Shown one piece after another: positions 60,601-64,000 of a DNA stretch of 64,000 nt. Within the stretch, counting starts at the first letter, position 1; each line of letters begins with the position of its first letter. The stretch is taken from contig CM059432.1 in assembly GCA_030390025.1 (NCBI GenBank), forward strand, positions 86,802,001 to 86,866,000, given 5' to 3'. The position numbers and the translations under genes were made by a program. This DNA is from Squalus acanthias (taxonomy: Eukaryota). Below the pieces are notes generated by a model that was not told the origin of the DNA, made no database searches, and saw nothing but the letters and a program-made list of their open reading frames with translations.

Positions 60601-62908
60601 TCAGTGACTCATGTGCAAGGACACCCAGGTCCCTTTGAGCATCTGCATGCCCCAATCTTTCACCATTTAGGAAATACTCTGCCTTTCTGTTTTTTCTACC
60701 AAAGTGGACAACTTCACATTTATCCACATTATATTCCATCTGCCATGTTCTCGCCCACTCACTGAGCCTGTCGAGATCCCCTTGAAGCCTCTTCACATCC
60801 TCTTCGCAACTGCCACTGCCACCTAGCTTTGTATCATCAGCAAATTTGGAAATGTTACATTTAGTCCCCTCATCCAAATCATTGATATGGATTGTGAATA
60901 GCTGGGGCCCAAGCACCGATCCTTGCGGTACCCCACTAGTCACAGCCTGCCATCCTGAAAAAGACCCGTTTATCCCTACTCTTTGTTTTCTGTCTGTTAA
61001 CCAATTCTCAATCCATGCTAGTATATTACCCCCAATTCCATGTGCCCTAATTTTGTTCACCAACCTCTTGTGCGGGACCTTATCGAAGGCCTTCTGAAAA
61101 TCCATATACACCACATCTACTGGTTCCCCTTTGTCTACTCCACTAGTTACATCCTCAAAGAACTCCAATAGCTTTGTCAAACAGGATTTCCCTTTCATAA
61201 ATCCATGTTGACTCTGCCCAATCTTACTATTAGTTTCTAAGTGCCCAGTTATTGCATCCTTTATAATAGATTCCAGCATTTTCCCAACTACTGATGTGAG
61301 GCCAACGGGTCTGTAGTTCCCCGTTTTCTCTCTCCCTCCTTTCTTAAATAGCGGGGTTACATTTGCTATCCTCCAATCTGCAGGAACCGTTCCAAAATTC
61401 TATCGATTCTGGAAGATGACAACCAATGCGTCCACTATTCCAATGGCCACCTCTTTCAAAACCCTAGGATGTAGGTCATCCGGTCCTTGGGATTTATCGA
61501 CTTTTAGTACCATTAATTTTGCTAGTACTGTTTTTTTACTAATAATAATTTCTTTAAGTTCCTCATTCTCGCCACACCCTTGGTTTTCTCGTATTCCTGG
61601 GAGGTTTTTTGTGTCTTCCTCCATGAAGACAAACAAAGTATTTATTTAATTTCTCTGCCATTTCCTCATTCCCCATTATAAATTCTCCCGTCTCTGACTG
61701 TAAAGGACCTACATTTACCTTCGCCAGTCTTTTCCTTTTCACATACCTATAGAAGCTTTTACAATCCGTTTTTATATTTTTCGCTAGTTTATGCTCATAT
61801 TCCATTTTCCCTTTATCAATTTCTTGGTCCCCCTTTGCTGATTTCTAAAAAGATCCCAATCCTCAGGCTGACCGCTTTTTCTGACAACTTTATAAGCTTC
61901 CTCCTTTGACTTAATACTAGCTTTAATTTCTTTTGTTAGCCATGGTTGGATCACTTTTCCTTTTGGGTTTTTATGCCCCAGAGGAATATATGTTTGTTGC
62001 AAATTATGCATTATTTCCTTGAATGTTAGCCATTGTATGTCCACCTTCATACCTTTTAGTGAAGTCTCCCAATCTACCATGGCCAACTTGTCCCTCATAC
62101 CCTTGTAGTTTCCTCTGTTTAGATTGAAGACCTTAGTTTGAGATTGGACTACATCACTCTCAAACTTAATGTAAAATTCAATCATATTATGGTCACTTGT
62201 CCCTAAAGGCCCGTTTACCACAAGATTATTGATTAGCCCTTTCTCATTACACAGTACCAGATCCAGAATAGCCTGTTCCCTGGTTGGTTTCTCCACATAC
62301 TGATCCAGGAAACCATCTCGCATGCATCGAGTGTCTCACCTCCTGACTCCCCAAATCCTTCCCACCAACTACAAGGCACAAGTCAGGAGTGTGACAGAAT
62401 ACTCTCCACTTGCCTGGATAAGTGCAGCTCCAACAACACAAGAAGATAAACACCACCCAGGACAAAGCAGCCCGCTTGATTGGCAGCCCATCCACCACAT
62501 TAAACATTGACTCCCTCCACCACCGGCGCACTGTGGCTGCAGTGTGCACCATCTACAAGATGCACTGCAGCAACTCGCCAAGGCTTCTTCGACAGCACCT
62601 CCCAAACACGCAACCTCTACCACCTAGAAGGACAAGGGCAGCAGGCGCACGGGGAACACCATCACCTCCAAGTTCCCCTCCAAGTCACACACCATCATGA
62701 CTTGGAAATATATCGTTGTTCCTTCATAGTCACTGGGTCAAAATCCTAAAACTCCCTCCCTAACAGCACTATGGGAGTACCTTCACCACTTGGGACTGCA
62801 GCGGTTCAAGGTGGCTCACCACCAACTTCTCAAGGGCAACTGGGGATGGGCAATAAATGCTGGCCTTGCTAGCGACGCCCACATCCCAGGAATGAATAAT
62901 AAAAAAAG
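57657..62908 (+). mobile_element. Near full-length tRNA-headed LINE (57657-59927 and 62322-62908), split by a minus-strand CR1
   Basis: A box TAGCATAGTGG 57667-57677; B box GTTCAAATCC 57732-57741. EN: INIWGLVPKLGELSHRL, VGDFNVHH. RT: GPDNIPAVVLK, ANYRPISLLS, QFGFRQ. Tail gcccacatcccaggaatgaataataaaaaaa. Several internal deletions and frameshifts. Confidence 0.88.
59928..62321 (-). mobile_element. CR1 ORF2 fragment (EN end, RT, 3'UTR)
   Basis: ORFs 61784-62323, 61563-61805, 61400-61636, 60293-61279 (328-aa RT) and 60010-60264, all on the minus strand. Confidence 0.93.
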
Positions 62909-64000
62909 TATCCAATTCCCTTTTGAAAGTTATTATTGAATCTGCTTCTCCCACCCTATCGGGTAGTGCATTCCAGATCATAACAACTAGCTGCGTAATT
63001 TTTTTTCCTCATGTTGCCGTTGGTTCTTTTGCCAATTACCGTAAATCTGTGCCCTCTGCTTACCGACCCTTCTGCCACTGGAAACCGATTCTCCTTATTT
63101 ACTCTATCAACACCCTTCAAGATTTTGAACACCTCTATCAAATCTCCTGTTAACCTTCTCTGCTCAAAGAACAAACCCAGTTTCTATAGTCTTTTCATGT
63201 AACTGAAGTCTTTCATCCCTGGTACCATTCTAGTACATCCCCTCTGCAGCCTCTCCAAGGCCTTAATTTCCTTCTAAGTGTGGTGCCCATAATTGGCCAC
63301 AATACTCCAGCTGGGGCCTCACCAGTGTTTTATAAAGGTTGAGCATAACTTCCTTGATTTTGTACTCTATACCTCATTTATAAAGCCAAGGATTCCGTAT
63401 GCCATTTTAACAGCCTTCTTAACTTGTCCTGCCACCTTCAAATACTTGAGTACATACACACTCAGGACCTCTCTGTTCCTGCACCTTTAAAATTGTACCC
63501 TTTAGTTTATCGCCTCTCCTCATTCTTCCTACCAAAATGAATTACTTCACACTTCTCTGCGTGAAATTTCACCTGCCATGCGTCTTCCATTTCACCAGTT
63601 TGTCTATGTCTTCCTGAAGTCTGTTACTATCCTCCTCACTGTTTACTACATTTCAGAGTTTTGAGTCATCTGCAAACTTTGAAATGACGCCCTGTAAATC
63701 TAAGTCCAGGTCATTTATATATATCAAAAAAAGCAGTGGCCCCAGCACTGACCCTTGGGGAACACCACTGTCTACCATCCTCCGTATGAAAAACAGCCAT
63801 TTACCACAACTCGCTGATTCCTTTCCTTATCCAAGCTGCCACTGACCCACCTATTCCATGAGACTCAATTTTGTTAACCAGCCTTCTATGTGGTACCTTG
63901 TCGAACGCCTTCCTAAAATCCATGTAGACAACATCCAATGCATTCCCTTCATCAATCCTCCCTGTTACTTCATCAAAAAATTCAATTAGATTAGTCAAAC
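62909..64000 (-). mobile_element. CR1 RT fragment running off the window end
   Basis: ORFs 63801-63998(-) YMDFRKAFDKVPH and 62956-63174(-). Confidence 0.88.

Overview
Vertebrate genomic DNA, very probably from a cartilaginous fish (inferred from the repeat set: CR1 and L2 LINEs, a Deu-domain tRNA SINE, Penelope-like elements). The only host gene I recognise is UBE2W (ubiquitin-conjugating enzyme E2 W) on the minus strand. Its last three coding exons lie at 37275-37120, 19100-19025 and 14611-14598 and splice in frame to ...[82 protein letters not shown] repeat-free putative 3'UTR of about 2.5 kb follows. I did not find the upstream exons, so they presumably lie beyond 64 kb. The introns hold many nested transposable elements: old and young CR1s, L2, Penelope pseudo-LTR remnants, three MITE types (hAT-like, pogo/Tigger-like, Harbinger-like), and a 3.2-kb C-rich minisatellite that creates spurious 900-1170 aa ORFs. 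The main items worth follow-up are: (1) a LINE family with a tRNA-like A/B-box head directly upstream of an endonuclease+RT ORF, no visible ORF1 and almost no sense-strand TTTT, consistent with Pol III transcription; (2) a ~135-bp hAT-like MITE found six times, always inside LINEs; (3) a perfect 70-bp-arm fold-back derived from a Penelope pseudo-LTR that breaks at the hammerhead core; (4) frame-compatible candidate cryptic or poison exons in the last UBE2W intron. Repeat boundaries were read by eye and are approximate.
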